A stretch of DNA of 64,000 nt from Dehalococcoidia bacterium (GCA_965204395.1 OZ241987.1:767951-831950); one strand, 5' to 3'; shown: positions 1 through 10,431, counted from the stretch's first letter. Program-made: numbers and translations. Notes: a model not told the origin generated them from the sequence alone.

Positions 1-31
1 CGTAACGCCCAAGACGTCTTTCCTGGCTTCT

Positions 32-853
32 GTGGGCTACGCCCGCTTGGCCCAGACCGAACTGCTGCGCATCGACTCCGCCCGCGACGCCGTACCCCAG
101 ATGATGGCAGGCCGGAGAGGAAGAACTCGTTTCGGCACTCCCGATCATGTCGACGACGTATTCCTCGAGGACACCCGTTTGGAGGAGGGCATATCCCACA
201 AATACCCGGTGCGGCTCAGGCTTCCCGTGCCCGCGCCTCCCACCGTCAAGGCAAAGTACGCCCAGATAACCTGGAAATTGACCGCGTCCATCCTCGCCAA
301 GTCTGATTGGGTCCCCAACCGCGACGGCCTGCTGGCCAATTTGACCATGGGCCGGGTCGGGGAGAGCAGCCAGGAACTGGTGGTTTTCGCCCATCCCGAT
401 GCCACCAACATCGGCGGAGAGCGACTCCCCGACCATCCAACCGCAGCTAAGGGTTTCCGTCAGGTGAATCTTGACCTGTCGTTGCGCTCCGGCTTGGTTC
501 CCAACGGCGGCGTTATCGAAGGCGACCTCTCCGTCGAAGCGCGGAGGGCCATCAAAGCCCGCGAGCTACGGGTGGAACTGGTACGTTGGGAACGCTCGGG
601 CAACAAGCAGGCCCGGGTCGTGGAAAGCAGCCAGGTATTGCAGCGTCCGGCCCTGCATGAGGCCCAGGAGAAGACCGACTGGGCATTCCGTTTGCCGGTT
701 CCCGACCGTCTCATGCCCTCGGTTCTCGGCCAGCACACCTTCGTCGGTTGGCAGGTTCGCGCCGTCGTGGATCGCGCCCTGCGCCCCAACTTCAGCGTGT
801 CGCAGTTGGTTCAGGTTTACACGTCGCCGAGCATTGACGAATCAGCGGACTGA
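32..853 (+). CDS. hypothetical protein (possibly arrestin-fold/Spo0M-like); may be 5'-truncated by window edge
   Basis: 273-aa ORF. The frame has no stop between nt 2 and the GTG at 32, so the start may lie upstream of the window. Beta-rich sequence with no catalytic motif recognised. Convergent 12-nt overlap with rarA. Confidence 0.4.
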   Translation: MGYARLAQTELLRIDSARDAVPQMMAGRRGRTRFGTPDHVDDVFLEDTRLEEGISHKYPVRLRLPVPAPPTVKAKYAQITWKLTASILAKSDWVPNRDGLLANLTMGRVGESSQELVVFAHPDATNIGGERLPDHPTAAKGFRQVNLDLSLRSGLVPNGGVIEGDLSVEARRAIKARELRVELVRWERSGNKQARVVESSQVLQRPALHEAQEKTDWAFRLPVPDRLMPSVLGQHTFVGWQVRAVVDRALRPNFSVSQLVQVYTSPSIDESAD

Positions 854-2200
854 ACCCGAGCTATCTCCCCACCATCGGCGCAGCCGCTCCGCAATGGACG
901 CTTCCGACCCCTGGTCCGTCGGCTCGTAGTACCGTCTGCCCGCCAGTTCCGGAGGGAGGTATCCCTGCGGCTCGAAGTGACCCTCGTAGTCGTGGCTGTA
1001 CTTGTATCCCGCGCCGTATCCCATCCCCCTCATCAGGCCGGTAACGGCATTTCGCAGGTGCAGCGGCACCGGCTCGTGGGGAGCGTTCCGCACGTCTTCC
1101 ATCGCCCGCTCCAGCGCCATGTAGGCCGCGTTGCTTTTAGGTGATGTCGCCAGATACACCGTCGCTTCCGCCAGTGGGATTCGCCCCTCCGGCAGCCCAA
1201 TGAAGTGCACCGCCTGCTGTGCTGCTACGGCGACCGGCAGCGCCCCCGGATTAGCCAGCCCGATGTCCTCCGCCGCCAATATCACCAGCCTCCGCGCAAT
1301 GAACATCGGGTCCTCTCCGGATTCCAACATCCGCGCCAGCCAGTACAGCGCACCGTCCGGCGACGACCCGCGCACTGACTTGATGAACGCCGATATGGTG
1401 TCGTAGTGGCTGTCGCCCGCCTTGTCGTACAGGGGCGTGCGTCTCTGCAAAGCTTCTGATACGGCATCAACGCTAATCTGCCTGGAACCATCGGTTCCCG
1501 GCTCGCATGCCACCGTGGCCATCTCCAACGCATTCAAAGCGACGCGCGCGTCCCCGTTGGCGATGTTCACCAAGTGCATCAACGCGTCCGACTCCATTTG
1601 GGGTTTCAACATCCCCAACCCACGCTGTTCGTCGTCCAGCGCGCGCCGTACTATCGCCTCCACATCCGCCGGATCCAGCGCATTCAGCGTGAACACCCGG
1701 CAACGCGACAGCAATGGAGCATTGACCTCAAACGACGGGTTTTCCGTGGTCGCTCCTATGAAAACCACCGTCCCATCCTCCACGTGCGGGAGGATCACGT
1801 CCTGCTGCGCCTTGTTGAATCGGTGGATCTCGTCGACGAACAGGATGGTGGGCCGCTGGTAGAACGACCGCCGTTCCCGCGCTTCTGCCACCGCTTTGCG
1901 CAGGTCGGCCACGCCGGCCGACACGGCTGAAACCGGTTCAAAATGCGCCCGCGTTTGAGTCGCTATCAACCGCGCCAGCGTCGTTTTCCCGGAACCCGGC
2001 GGCCCCCAGAACAAAATTGATGGGATGCGGTCGCTGGCTATGGCCCGCCGCAGCACCCTGCCCTCACCCAGGATATGCTCTTGGCCCACGAACTCGTCGA
2101 ACGAGGCTGGCCGCATCCGTTCGGCCAACGGAGCGTTATCACGGGCGTACTGCTGCTCTCCGTGTTCAAACAGCGAGCCGGTATTTTGCCTGCCGGTCAT
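842..2200 (-). CDS. rarA: replication-associated recombination protein A (MgsA/RarA AAA+ ATPase)
   Basis: 452 aa. Walker A GPPGSGKTTLARLIA, Walker B ILFVDEIHRFNK, and the typical MgsA C-terminal region (YDxISAFIKSxRGSDPDA-like, HLRNA). Confidence 0.9.
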   Translation of the reverse strand: MTGRQNTGSLFEHGEQQYARDNAPLAERMRPASFDEFVGQEHILGEGRVLRRAIASDRIPSILFWGPPGSGKTTLARLIATQTRAHFEPVSAVSAGVADLRKAVAEARERRSFYQRPTILFVDEIHRFNKAQQDVILPHVEDGTVVFIGATTENPSFEVNAPLLSRCRVFTLNALDPADVEAIVRRALDDEQRGLGMLKPQMESDALMHLVNIANGDARVALNALEMATVACEPGTDGSRQISVDAVSEALQRRTPLYDKAGDSHYDTISAFIKSVRGSSPDGALYWLARMLESGEDPMFIARRLVILAAEDIGLANPGALPVAVAAQQAVHFIGLPEGRIPLAEATVYLATSPKSNAAYMALERAMEDVRNAPHEPVPLHLRNAVTGLMRGMGYGAGYKYSHDYEGHFEPQGYLPPELAGRRYYEPTDQGSEASIAERLRRWWGDSSGSVR

Positions 2201-2223
2201 GGTTGATCAGCCGGAATAGGCAG

Positions 2224-3246
2224 TCAGCCGCCACGGTTGAAATGCGGGATCACCTCTTCCGCAAACAGCCTCATCGAACGCTCCACTTCCTCGTTGCTCA
2301 ACATGCCGCCGATGTTGAACCAGCACATGATTTCCTGCGGATTGTACAGTTCCCTGAATCCCTCAAGCCGCTCTATGACCTGTTCCGGTGTACCAATCGC
2401 GCCCAACTCACCGTATAAGTCCTCGTACTCAATCTGGAAGGCGCGCCCCGAGCCCCGCGAGTTGTTCTGCATGCTGCGCAGCGTCCCCAGGTAGTTGTTG
2501 ACCGTGGGCGCGAAACCCGCCTTCGCCCCCTCAACCGTCTCTCCCACGTACACCGGCACGTTCACCACCACCTTCACTTTGGACTCATCGTGCCCGTGCT
2601 CGGCTAACGTCTCCCGGTAAGCCGCCAGCCCATCACTAACCCCCTGCACCGTGATGATCAGTGGCGTCACCAGGATACTGTGCCCCAGGCTGCCCACCAA
2701 TGGAAATGTGTCGGCGCCATTGGACGCGATGTACACCGGCGGATATGGCTGCTGTATGGGCTTGGGTTCCAGCCGGATTCCCTCGGCCTGGTAGAACTGC
2801 CCGTGATAATCCAGTTGTTCTTCCGTCCACGCTCGCAAAGCCAGATCCAGCCCTTCCACGAACCGGTCGTTCCGCTCCTCAATTGGGATGCCGTATCCCC
2901 GATAGTGGTTCGGGTTGGATCCCCGCCCGATGCCAAACACCGCCCGTCCGCCCGACAGCACGTCCAACGTCGCCACCTCCTCGGCAATCCGCAGCGGATG
3001 ATGCAACGGCAGCAGGTTCACCGCCGTGCCCAGCATGATCCGTTCGGTGGTCTGGGAAAGCGCGGACGCCATCATCAACGGCGCCGGCATCACCGAAAAC
3101 TGCCGAGCGAAGTGCAACTCTGCCAGCCACGCCATGTCGTAGCCCAATTTGTCCGCCAGTTGCACCTGCGCCATTACGTCGGCATAACGCCCGGCGGGAG
3201 TTTGACCCTCACCGCAAGGGATCTGGTAGAAAACGCCGAATTGCAT
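2224..3246 (-). CDS. LLM-class (luciferase-like) flavin-dependent oxidoreductase
   Basis: 340 aa. N-terminus MQFGVFY and AELHF...LPLHHPLRIAEEVATLDVLSGGR...GIGRG are typical of luciferase-like monooxygenases. Confidence 0.8.
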   Translation of the reverse strand: MQFGVFYQIPCGEGQTPAGRYADVMAQVQLADKLGYDMAWLAELHFARQFSVMPAPLMMASALSQTTERIMLGTAVNLLPLHHPLRIAEEVATLDVLSGGRAVFGIGRGSNPNHYRGYGIPIEERNDRFVEGLDLALRAWTEEQLDYHGQFYQAEGIRLEPKPIQQPYPPVYIASNGADTFPLVGSLGHSILVTPLIITVQGVSDGLAAYRETLAEHGHDESKVKVVVNVPVYVGETVEGAKAGFAPTVNNYLGTLRSMQNNSRGSGRAFQIEYEDLYGELGAIGTPEQVIERLEGFRELYNPQEIMCWFNIGGMLSNEEVERSMRLFAEEVIPHFNRGG

Positions 3247-3349
3247 AATTTGCTACTCCGTAGCGGATTGAGCCGGCTCCGAAAGCGCCTTACGGAAACC
3301 GTTGCGAAGGTCGATTTCCCGTTCATTTCCTCTCATTTCCGCTAATTCA

Positions 3350-3780
3350 GGTATGGCATTGGGCGGGTCGTGGGGCTGAATTGGGGGCCGATGGAAGGGT
3401 TTTGACGGCGGTTTTAGCGGTATTGGAGGACAGATGAGCGGATTTGGGGGAGGGAGTTCGCGGTGTTTGGAAGTGGGTATTGGGTCGGTTGTCTCGGGAC
3501 GTATGGCGACTTTTCATCCTCAGGCTGTCCCGCTGGTCCTTCGACAGGCTCAGGACGAGCGGGATTTGTGCGAGCGCGACGTGTGGCGACTTTGGAAAGG
3601 CCCCGAGCGGACCTGGGCGGCGGGTTGGAATTGGGGTGTTGGGTAATATGGTACGGATGGGGTAGGGGTTAGAGCAAGGGGGAAGTGTCACCTGGGCGTG
3701 GGGTGTCTGAACTGGGGTTTTTGGGGAATTGGGTGATGATGGGGGGCGATGGTAGGTCGTTTTGGCACCGACAGGAATGA
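3350..3780. other. strand-asymmetric G-rich/C-poor non-coding tract with clustered G-runs (G-quadruplex-prone on + strand)
   Basis: Hand count of line 3421-3480 gives 28 G against 4 C. Eleven runs of at least 3 G lie between 3633 and 3746. The ORFs in several frames have Pro/Gly/Arg low-complexity translations only. Confidence 0.6.
3498..3593 (+). repeat. hairpin mini-element (family 1, copy A) flanked by a 16-bp direct repeat
   Basis: Direct repeats gacgtatggcgacttt (3498-3513) and gacgtgtggcgacttt (3578-3593) match 15/16. The internal hairpin 3529-3563 is cccgctggtcct / loop tcgacaggctc / aggacgagcggg. The core is shared with 33339-33379. Confidence 0.7.
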
Positions 3781-4047
3781 CTGTGCTACCTGAGTTGGGG
3801 CGGCGTGGGCGCTGGCAGTGACAGGTTGCGCAAAGTGGGGATACGCGTGGGAGCCGAGTCCAATGTGCGGCTCCATAGGCGCCAGTTCGTCCAGCAACTT
3901 CTCCAGCGAGCGGTGGCCACCGCCGGAACGTCGGCGCGTCCTTCGGCAAAGGCGCGGCCCGCTTTGTATCCGGCCTTGCCCGCTTTCCAGACCAACCATT
4001 TGACGACGAGGCTCTCAAGGATCAAGACTTGGTTTCCCTGATGACAA

Positions 4048-4485
4048 TCAAGCTTGGGCGCCGTCCTCAGTGTCATCCGGCATTGGCTCGTCAAAGGGTT
4101 CGCCCCGCGACGCGGCTTGATCCCGCCGCTGAACCCACTCACGCCAACGCCGATTGCTGCGCTCCTCCCCGATCTCGATTCCTTCCTCACGAGCTTCGCG
4201 TCTGATACGATCCCGCCAGATTCCTGCCAATACCATTCTCATCACCTCCATGATCGGCCAAGTCGCCACAAGCGCCCAGGCCAGGATTTGACCGCCGTCG
4301 TCAAAGACCATCTCTGAGGCCGATTGCCAAGTCGCAGGCCGATGATTGTGGACAATCAACAGTACGTCAATGGCGATTGCCACTGATACCGCCAGATAGA
4401 ACGCGGCAAACGCTTCGGCCGCCCGCTCCAACGGAACGCTCGGTACGCCGATCCATCCCGCCCGGCTGCTTCCCTCCCGCGCCAT
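4048..4485 (-). CDS. hypothetical small membrane protein
   Basis: The ORF 4048-4599 overlaps the pccB-like gene, so the ATG at 4485 (MAREGSS...) is the plausible start, 11 nt after the upstream stop. Two hydrophobic segments and an acidic/basic C-terminal tail. Confidence 0.45.
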   Translation of the reverse strand: MAREGSSRAGWIGVPSVPLERAAEAFAAFYLAVSVAIAIDVLLIVHNHRPATWQSASEMVFDDGGQILAWALVATWPIMEVMRMVLAGIWRDRIRREAREEGIEIGEERSNRRWREWVQRRDQAASRGEPFDEPMPDDTEDGAQA

Positions 4486-4495
4486 TAGGGCATCA

Positions 4496-6076
4496 TTATA
4501 GCGGTATGTTGCCGTGCTTTTTCGCCGGCAGCGTGTCCCGCTTGTTCTGCAGCATCTCCAACGCCCGGATAATGGTGGGCCGCGTCGCCGCCGGGTCAAT
4601 CACGTCGTCCAGGTACCCACGGTTTGCCGCCACGTAAGGATTGGTGAACCGATCCTGGTAGTCCGCGATTAACTCGGCCCTACGGACATCAGGGTCATCT
4701 GCGTTGCCGATCTCTTCCCGGTAAATTATGTTCACCGCGCCGTCCGGCCCCATCACCGCGATCTCCGCGCTGGGCCACGCCAGGTTAACGTCGGAGCGCA
4801 GGTGCTTGCTGCTCATCACGATGTAGGCTCCGCCGTACGCTTTGCGGGTAATCAGCGCCACCTTTGGCACCGTAGCCTCGGCGTACGCATAGATCAGCTT
4901 GGCACCGTGCCGGATGATCCCGCCGTACTCCTGCTCAGTGCCCGGCATGAACCCGGGCACGTCCACCAACGTAACCAGCGGGATATTGAAACAGTCGCAG
5001 AACCTCACGAACCGCGACGCCTTGGCCGACGCGTTGATGTCCAGCACCCCCGCCATAAACGCCGGCTGGTTCCCTACTAGGCCAACCGTCCGGCCCGCCA
5101 TCCTGGCGAAGCCAACCACCACGTTGGACGCGTAGCCCGCCTGAACCTCCATGAAGTCCTCATCATCCACGACATGGTAGATGATCTCGCGGATGTCATA
5201 GGGTCGGTTGGGCTCCGCCGGCACGATGGTCCGCAGAACCTCATCCGTGCGTTCCACAGGGTCGGCAGCACGGTAAGATGGCGGGTCATCCAGGTTGTTT
5301 AACGGCAAAAACGAGATCAACCGGCGCAGTTCCGTCAGGCACTCCTCTTCCGAATCGGCAACGAAATGTGCCACTCCGCTGCGGGCAGCGTGGGCATCCG
5401 CACCGCCCAACTGCTCGTGGGTAACGTCCTCTCCCGTAACCGCGCGCACCACATCCGGCCCGGTGATGTACATCTGGCCCGTGCCGCGCACCATGAAGAT
5501 AAAGTCGGTGATAGCCGGCGAATATACCGCTCCCCCTGCCGACGGCCCCATGATCACCGAGATCTGCGGCACTACGCCGGAATAGAGCGTGTTCAGCAGG
5601 AAGATGTCCCCGTATGCCGCCAAGCTCAGCGCCCCCTCCTGGATGCGCGCGCCGCCCGAGTCGCAGATCCCAATCATCGGGCAGCCAGTCTTTGCGGCCA
5701 GGTCCATCACCTTGCAGATTTTCTGACCAACCACCTCCGACAGCGACCCGCCGAACACCGTGAAGTCCTGCGCGTAGGCGAAAATCTGCCGCCCGTCGAC
5801 GTTGCCGTACCCGGTGACCACGGCATCGCCCAGGAACCTCTGCCGCTCCAGCCCGAAGTCCGTGGTCCTGTGCGTTACGAACCGGTCGATTTCGGTGAAC
5901 GTGCCGGGATCCATCAGGAGTTCGAGCCGCTCCCGGGCCGTTTTCTTGCCCCGCTGATGCTGCTGGTCGATCCGGCGTTGTCCGCCGCCCAGCGCAGCCT
6001 GTTCGCCTAGCTCCAGCAGGTGCTCGAGCTTCCTGTCGTCGGTTGATTCAATTGGTGTTTCGTTGGTCGTCGTCAA
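4496..6076 (-). CDS. pccB: acyl-CoA carboxylase carboxyltransferase (beta) subunit, propionyl-CoA carboxylase/methylmalonyl-CoA carboxyltransferase family
   Basis: Typical family blocks: [61 protein letters not shown]. The maximal ORF runs to 6166. I prefer the TTG at 6076 (GGGGG 5 nt upstream), because a TATTAT box lies inside the longer extension. Confidence 0.85.
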   Translation of the reverse strand: MTTTNETPIESTDDRKLEHLLELGEQAALGGGQRRIDQQHQRGKKTARERLELLMDPGTFTEIDRFVTHRTTDFGLERQRFLGDAVVTGYGNVDGRQIFAYAQDFTVFGGSLSEVVGQKICKVMDLAAKTGCPMIGICDSGGARIQEGALSLAAYGDIFLLNTLYSGVVPQISVIMGPSAGGAVYSPAITDFIFMVRGTGQMYITGPDVVRAVTGEDVTHEQLGGADAHAARSGVAHFVADSEEECLTELRRLISFLPLNNLDDPPSYRAADPVERTDEVLRTIVPAEPNRPYDIREIIYHVVDDEDFMEVQAGYASNVVVGFARMAGRTVGLVGNQPAFMAGVLDINASAKASRFVRFCDCFNIPLVTLVDVPGFMPGTEQEYGGIIRHGAKLIYAYAEATVPKVALITRKAYGGAYIVMSSKHLRSDVNLAWPSAEIAVMGPDGAVNIIYREEIGNADDPDVRRAELIADYQDRFTNPYVAANRGYLDDVIDPAATRPTIIRALEMLQNKRDTLPAKKHGNIPL

Positions 6077-6252
6077 ATCGGCCCCCAGCCGTTGCGGTGT
6101 CCGGTTTTCCTGCGGAAAACGTCGAACATGCGGATGCCCGGTATAATAGCACTCACCGTCAGCCACTTGCCGTTGGCAGAGTCGCCCACTTGTCGTCCCA
6201 TACCACGAACCATGAACCCAACCTCCCGCTGACCGTGTCCAACGGTGAGCCG

Positions 6253-7068
6253 ATGGTTTGGGGACGGCGCACCTACGTCATGGGCATCATCAACCTGACG
6301 CCCGACTCATTCTCTGGCGACGGTCTTGCCAACGATCCCCAGGCAGCGGTCGCATTGGCGCAGCGCATGGAATCCGACGGCGCAGACATCATCGACGTGG
6401 GCGCCGAATCCACCCGCCCGGGCAACCAACCCATCTCCGCCGCCGCCGAGATAGATCGGTTGATCCCCGCGCTCTCTGCCATCTGCGACGCCGTCACCAT
6501 CCCGGTCAGCGTAGACACCTACAAGGCCCCCGTCGCCCGTCGCGCCATCGCCGCCGGCGCATCCATGGTCAACGACGTTTGGGGATGCCTCGCCGATGGG
6601 AACATGGCCCCCACTATCGCCGCCGCCGGCGTCCCGGCCATCCTCATGCACAACCAGGCCGGCACCCAATATAACGACCTCGTGCCCGACGTTATAGCCG
6701 GCCTCACCCGAATCGCCGGCATTGCCCAGGCCGCCGGAATCGTCCGCCACAACATGATCCTCGACCCCGGCATCGGTTTCGGCAAGACAGCCGACCACAA
6801 CCTGGAACTGCTCCGGCGGCTGCCCGAGTTTCGCGAGATGGGCTACCCGCTCCTTTTGGGAGTGTCCCGCAAGTCCACCATCGGCCGCATCCTCAACCTG
6901 CCGCCAGAAGAAAGACTCGAAGGCACCGCCGCAGCCGTCGCCATGAGCATCGCCGGCGGCGCCGACATCGTGCGCGTCCACGACGTCAAAGAGATGGTGC
7001 GCGTCGCCCGCATGACTGACGCCATCGTGTGCGACTGGAGACCCTCCGGATGGCCCAACCGGCAATAA
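6253..7068 (+). CDS. folP: dihydropteroate synthase
   Basis: [30 protein letters not shown] and DPGIGFGKT motifs. ATG at 6253 gives 271 aa, the normal FolP size. The ORF extension to 6043 is rejected. Confidence 0.9.
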   Translation: MVWGRRTYVMGIINLTPDSFSGDGLANDPQAAVALAQRMESDGADIIDVGAESTRPGNQPISAAAEIDRLIPALSAICDAVTIPVSVDTYKAPVARRAIAAGASMVNDVWGCLADGNMAPTIAAAGVPAILMHNQAGTQYNDLVPDVIAGLTRIAGIAQAAGIVRHNMILDPGIGFGKTADHNLELLRRLPEFREMGYPLLLGVSRKSTIGRILNLPPEERLEGTAAAVAMSIAGGADIVRVHDVKEMVRVARMTDAIVCDWRPSGWPNRQ

Positions 7069-7565
7069 CCTACCTCTGCCTGGGCGGGAATCTCGGCGAC
7101 CGGCTTGCCGCGATGACCGGCGCTCTCGCCCTGTTGGACGCCCACGACGAGATGCGCATGGTGTCCTGCTCTTCAATCTACGAAACTGAACCGTGGGCCG
7201 TTACCGACCAACCGAACTTCCTCAACTTGGTAGCAGGGTTTGAAACTACGTTGTCCCCCGTGGACCTGCTCGCGGTCTGCAAAGACGTCGAAGCCCATAT
7301 CGGCCGCACCGAGTCCTATCGTTGGGGACCCCGCCTGATCGACGTCGACATCCTGCTCTACGGCGACAAGGTCGTCAGCATCCCCGACCCAGACCTCCAA
7401 ATTCCCCACATCCGCATGGCCGAACGAGCCTTCGCACTGGTCCCGCTGGCCGAAATCGCCAGCGACACAGAGGTCCCGCCGGAAGGCACGACTGTGCAAA
7501 CACTGAAGGAAGCGGTGGACGGTGAACACGGCGTCGTCAGATGGGGCAGCGCTCCATCGATCTAG
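7050..7565 (+). CDS. folK: 2-amino-4-hydroxy-6-hydroxymethyldihydropterin pyrophosphokinase
   Basis: YLCLGGNLGDR...IYETEPWG-like...PRLIDVDILLYG...LQIPHIRMAERAFALVPL. Overlaps the folP stop by 19 nt. Confidence 0.88.
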   Translation: MAQPAITYLCLGGNLGDRLAAMTGALALLDAHDEMRMVSCSSIYETEPWAVTDQPNFLNLVAGFETTLSPVDLLAVCKDVEAHIGRTESYRWGPRLIDVDILLYGDKVVSIPDPDLQIPHIRMAERAFALVPLAEIASDTEVPPEGTTVQTLKEAVDGEHGVVRWGSAPSI

Positions 7566-7654
7566 CGCGTGTGCTTGCCAGTTTATCAACCGTATAAGAT
7601 TATTGACGCAACAACATTCAAACGGAATTCCCAACCTCGACGGAGGCAGCCACC

Positions 7655-9292
7655 ATGTCCATCACCACCCTAACCCGCAGCGCCGTCCACGGTCAGAATG
7701 GCATGGTCTGCTCCGATTCACCTCTGGCCGCCGCCGCCGGCCTCCGCGTCCTGCAGGACGGCGGAACCGCGTTCGACGTCGCCCTTGCCGTCGCCGCCGT
7801 GGAAACCGTCACCATCGTGCCCAAGTGCGGATTGGGCGGCGACTCGTTCATCCTCACCTACGAAGCCGCCACGGGCAAGGTGACCAACATCAACAGCAGC
7901 GGAATCGCCGGCTCCGGCGCTGAGGCCGATTACTACCGCAACCAGGGCCTGGCCCTCATGCCCATAACTGGCCCTCACTCCGTCTCCGTACCCGGTGAGG
8001 CCGCCGCTTGGGAAGCCATGCAACGCAATTTCTGCACCATCCCCATGCCCGACCTCGTTGCCCCTGCGATTCGTTACGCCGAGCAGGGATTCCCCGTCCC
8101 TTCCGGTATCGCCCGCTCCTTCGCCGGCAGCGCCGAACTCCTCGCCCGGCACACCGCCACCGCAGACATCTACCTGCGCAACGGCAGGCCGCCACGGGAG
8201 GGCGAAATCCTGGTCAATGCCGACCTTGCCAACACCATTCGTCGCGTCGCCGATGGCGGCGCCGACGCTTACTATCGCAGCGACCTGACCACCCAACTGG
8301 TCGCCGGCCTCAACCAAGCCACCGCCGATGGCCGCCTGTTCACCGAGGCCGACTTCGCCGGTCACTACGCCGACGTCTGCGAACCAATCAGCACCACCTA
8401 TCGTCAGCATATGGTCTACCAGACCCGGCCGCCGTCCCAGGGTTTCCTGCTACTGGAAATGCTCAACATCGTCGCCGGCCACGACCTCACGTCCATGACG
8501 CCCAACTCCGCGGATGCCATCCACCTGCTCGTCGAGGCCAAGAAGATCGCCTACTCCGACCGGAACAGGCTTGCCGGCGACCCCAACTTCGTCGAATGGC
8601 CTTTGGACGGCCTGCTCTCCACCGAGTACGCCGATATGCGCCGCGACCAGATTCACCCCTTCCAGGCCGGCACCGAGGTGCGACCCCTCGTTCCCACCAA
8701 CGGCCTCGGCGATACCACCTACTTCTGCGTCGCCGACCGCGCCGGCAACGCCGTCAGTTGGATTCACAGCCTGTCCAACGGCTTCGGTTCCGGCGTCGTC
8801 GCCCCGGGTACCGGCGTACTGTTCAACAACCGCGCCGGTCGCGGCTTCAGCCTCGAAGCCGACCATCCCAACGTCATCTCCCCGGGCAAGCGCACCATGC
8901 ACACCCTCAACTGCTACCTCACCACCGTCAACGGCGAGGTATCCATCGTGGGCGGCACCCCCGGCGGAGACCTTCAACCTCAGGTCGGTATCCAGATGCT
9001 CACTAAGCTCATCGATGGTGGGCTCCAACCCCAGGACACGGTCGAATCGCCCCGCTGGTTCAGCTTCCCGGGCACCGATCCGGCCACCCTCAACCGCGCC
9101 GGCGAACTCCGCGTCGAAATGGGCATGCCCGACGACACCATCCGCGACTTGGAGCGCATGGGGCACAACGTCGTCCAGAACCCCTTGGGCTCATACCACG
9201 GCTGCGTCCAGTTGATTCTGCGCGACGGCCGCCGTGGCGTCCTCACCGGCGCGTCCGATCCCCGCGGCGACGGCCAGGCCGTGGCCTTTTGA
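7655..9292 (+). CDS. ggt: gamma-glutamyltransferase family protein
   Basis: 545 aa. N-terminal AAAGLRVLQDGGTAFDVALAVA, the autoprocessing-site region GDTTYFCVAD, and C-terminal GASDPRGDG. GGAGG lies 8 nt before the ATG. Confidence 0.88.
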   Translation: MSITTLTRSAVHGQNGMVCSDSPLAAAAGLRVLQDGGTAFDVALAVAAVETVTIVPKCGLGGDSFILTYEAATGKVTNINSSGIAGSGAEADYYRNQGLALMPITGPHSVSVPGEAAAWEAMQRNFCTIPMPDLVAPAIRYAEQGFPVPSGIARSFAGSAELLARHTATADIYLRNGRPPREGEILVNADLANTIRRVADGGADAYYRSDLTTQLVAGLNQATADGRLFTEADFAGHYADVCEPISTTYRQHMVYQTRPPSQGFLLLEMLNIVAGHDLTSMTPNSADAIHLLVEAKKIAYSDRNRLAGDPNFVEWPLDGLLSTEYADMRRDQIHPFQAGTEVRPLVPTNGLGDTTYFCVADRAGNAVSWIHSLSNGFGSGVVAPGTGVLFNNRAGRGFSLEADHPNVISPGKRTMHTLNCYLTTVNGEVSIVGGTPGGDLQPQVGIQMLTKLIDGGLQPQDTVESPRWFSFPGTDPATLNRAGELRVEMGMPDDTIRDLERMGHNVVQNPLGSYHGCVQLILRDGRRGVLTGASDPRGDGQAVAF

Positions 9293-10431
9293 TGCCGGCC
9301 CGGTCATCGCGAATCCATCGCGCTCTACACATCGGAATCGCACGACTCGTAACGATTGCCTGCATACTTGGAATCGCCGGCTTGGCTTGCAATAGCGCCA
9401 CACCGGCGATTCCAACCGTTCCGCCTCTGACCTCGCCGCCTCCGGCTACGCCGACGCCAACTCCACCGGGTGCGACTCCCACCGAAACAATTTCACGTAC
9501 CCCGTCGCCCTCGTCGGCTGCAACTTCGGAGCCTCCACCCAGCCCCGTCCCAACGGCAGTTTCGAATCCCCCGGGCGTTTCGGAAGCCGTAGTAACCCGC
9601 ACCGCTGAACAAACTCAGGATTTGACCGAGCGAATGCTACAGCCTCGCCAGGTTGACGCCGATTTCCTTTGGGGGATGTTCATGACCAACCGTTCGTTCG
9701 TCGGCGGTTGGGGACGCACGCCCGACCCGAACTACACCACTCAGATGCTCGAAATGTGGCACTCAGAAAATCCTTGCTACTCTGCGCTCGAATCAGAAGT
9801 GATCAGGCTGGGTGGCGAGAACAATTTGCCTCCTCTTGAGTTCCTCCAATACGTGGAGCTCCTCAACGTCCAACTCTCTCCCTGTGTCGAGGATCAACTC
9901 CAATCGATCAGCGGCCTCCAGTTTTTCGACAATTCTCCGACTGTCCGCACGCAACGCATCACCATATGGTTCGATCGCACCTGGCAGGACGCCGACGATG
10001 GAACTTTCCCGTTCGCAGATGACTGTCACACTCGATTTTATTCCCACCTGCCCGAGGCTATCGCGGCCGTTGATCCACCCCATCTCGAATCGGCGTGGGC
10101 TTCCGCCATGGTCGTCGTGTCAGGGTGCGCCCGTGATGCAATGCGCGACTACTTCGCGTTCCTTGACATCAGCGAGACGCAGTTGAAGCAACTGCCGCCC
10201 GATGATCGGTACACCGCAGTGAACCTCCAGATGACCATGATTGGACACCTGCTCGCCGTCGACCTCAGGAAACCCAGCGATGGGTGTTGGCCGGACTACG
10301 CGAAACGAATCCCACAGGTCGCGACAACGACCGATTCTGACGAGATGATCGCCGCCAGGAACTCCGCCCTCAGATCCTTACAAACCTGCCTGCAAGAGAC
10401 TCCCGCCAGCAACCCGTTCTCCGAGCGGTGA
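9289..10431 (+). CDS. hypothetical secreted protein/probable lipoprotein
   Basis: TTG at 9289 or ATG at 9292, overlapping the ggt stop. Hydrophobic signal ending in GLAC (non-canonical lipobox), followed by a Pro/Thr/Ser-rich linker and a Cys-containing globular part. Confidence 0.5.
   Translation: MMPARSSRIHRALHIGIARLVTIACILGIAGLACNSATPAIPTVPPLTSPPPATPTPTPPGATPTETISRTPSPSSAATSEPPPSPVPTAVSNPPGVSEAVVTRTAEQTQDLTERMLQPRQVDADFLWGMFMTNRSFVGGWGRTPDPNYTTQMLEMWHSENPCYSALESEVIRLGGENNLPPLEFLQYVELLNVQLSPCVEDQLQSISGLQFFDNSPTVRTQRITIWFDRTWQDADDGTFPFADDCHTRFYSHLPEAIAAVDPPHLESAWASAMVVVSGCARDAMRDYFAFLDISETQLKQLPPDDRYTAVNLQMTMIGHLLAVDLRKPSDGCWPDYAKRIPQVATTTDSDEMIAARNSALRSLQTCLQETPASNPFSER

Noticed and set aside
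3786-4047. Minus-strand translation LILESLVVKWLV...YKAGRAF faintly resembles a TnpB/IS605 OrfB core, suggesting a transposon relic.
   Set aside because: The similarity is limited to a few residues. No zinc-finger or RuvC motifs, no TnpA and no element ends are visible. This is not supportable without a profile search.
6307-7176. Long antisense or out-of-frame ORFs. Examples: 6307-7176(-), 8008-9006(+), 10296-11192(-), 19339-20412(-), 23959-25005(+), 25149-26321(-), 35028-35855(+), 39618-40409(-), 47959-48765(-), 53018-53590(-), 55083-55727(-), 56868-57653(-).
   Set aside because: Each lies entirely inside a gene with strong motif support on the other strand or in another frame. Their translations are Arg/Pro/Gly/Ala/His low-complexity strings typical of stop-poor shadow frames in high-GC DNA.
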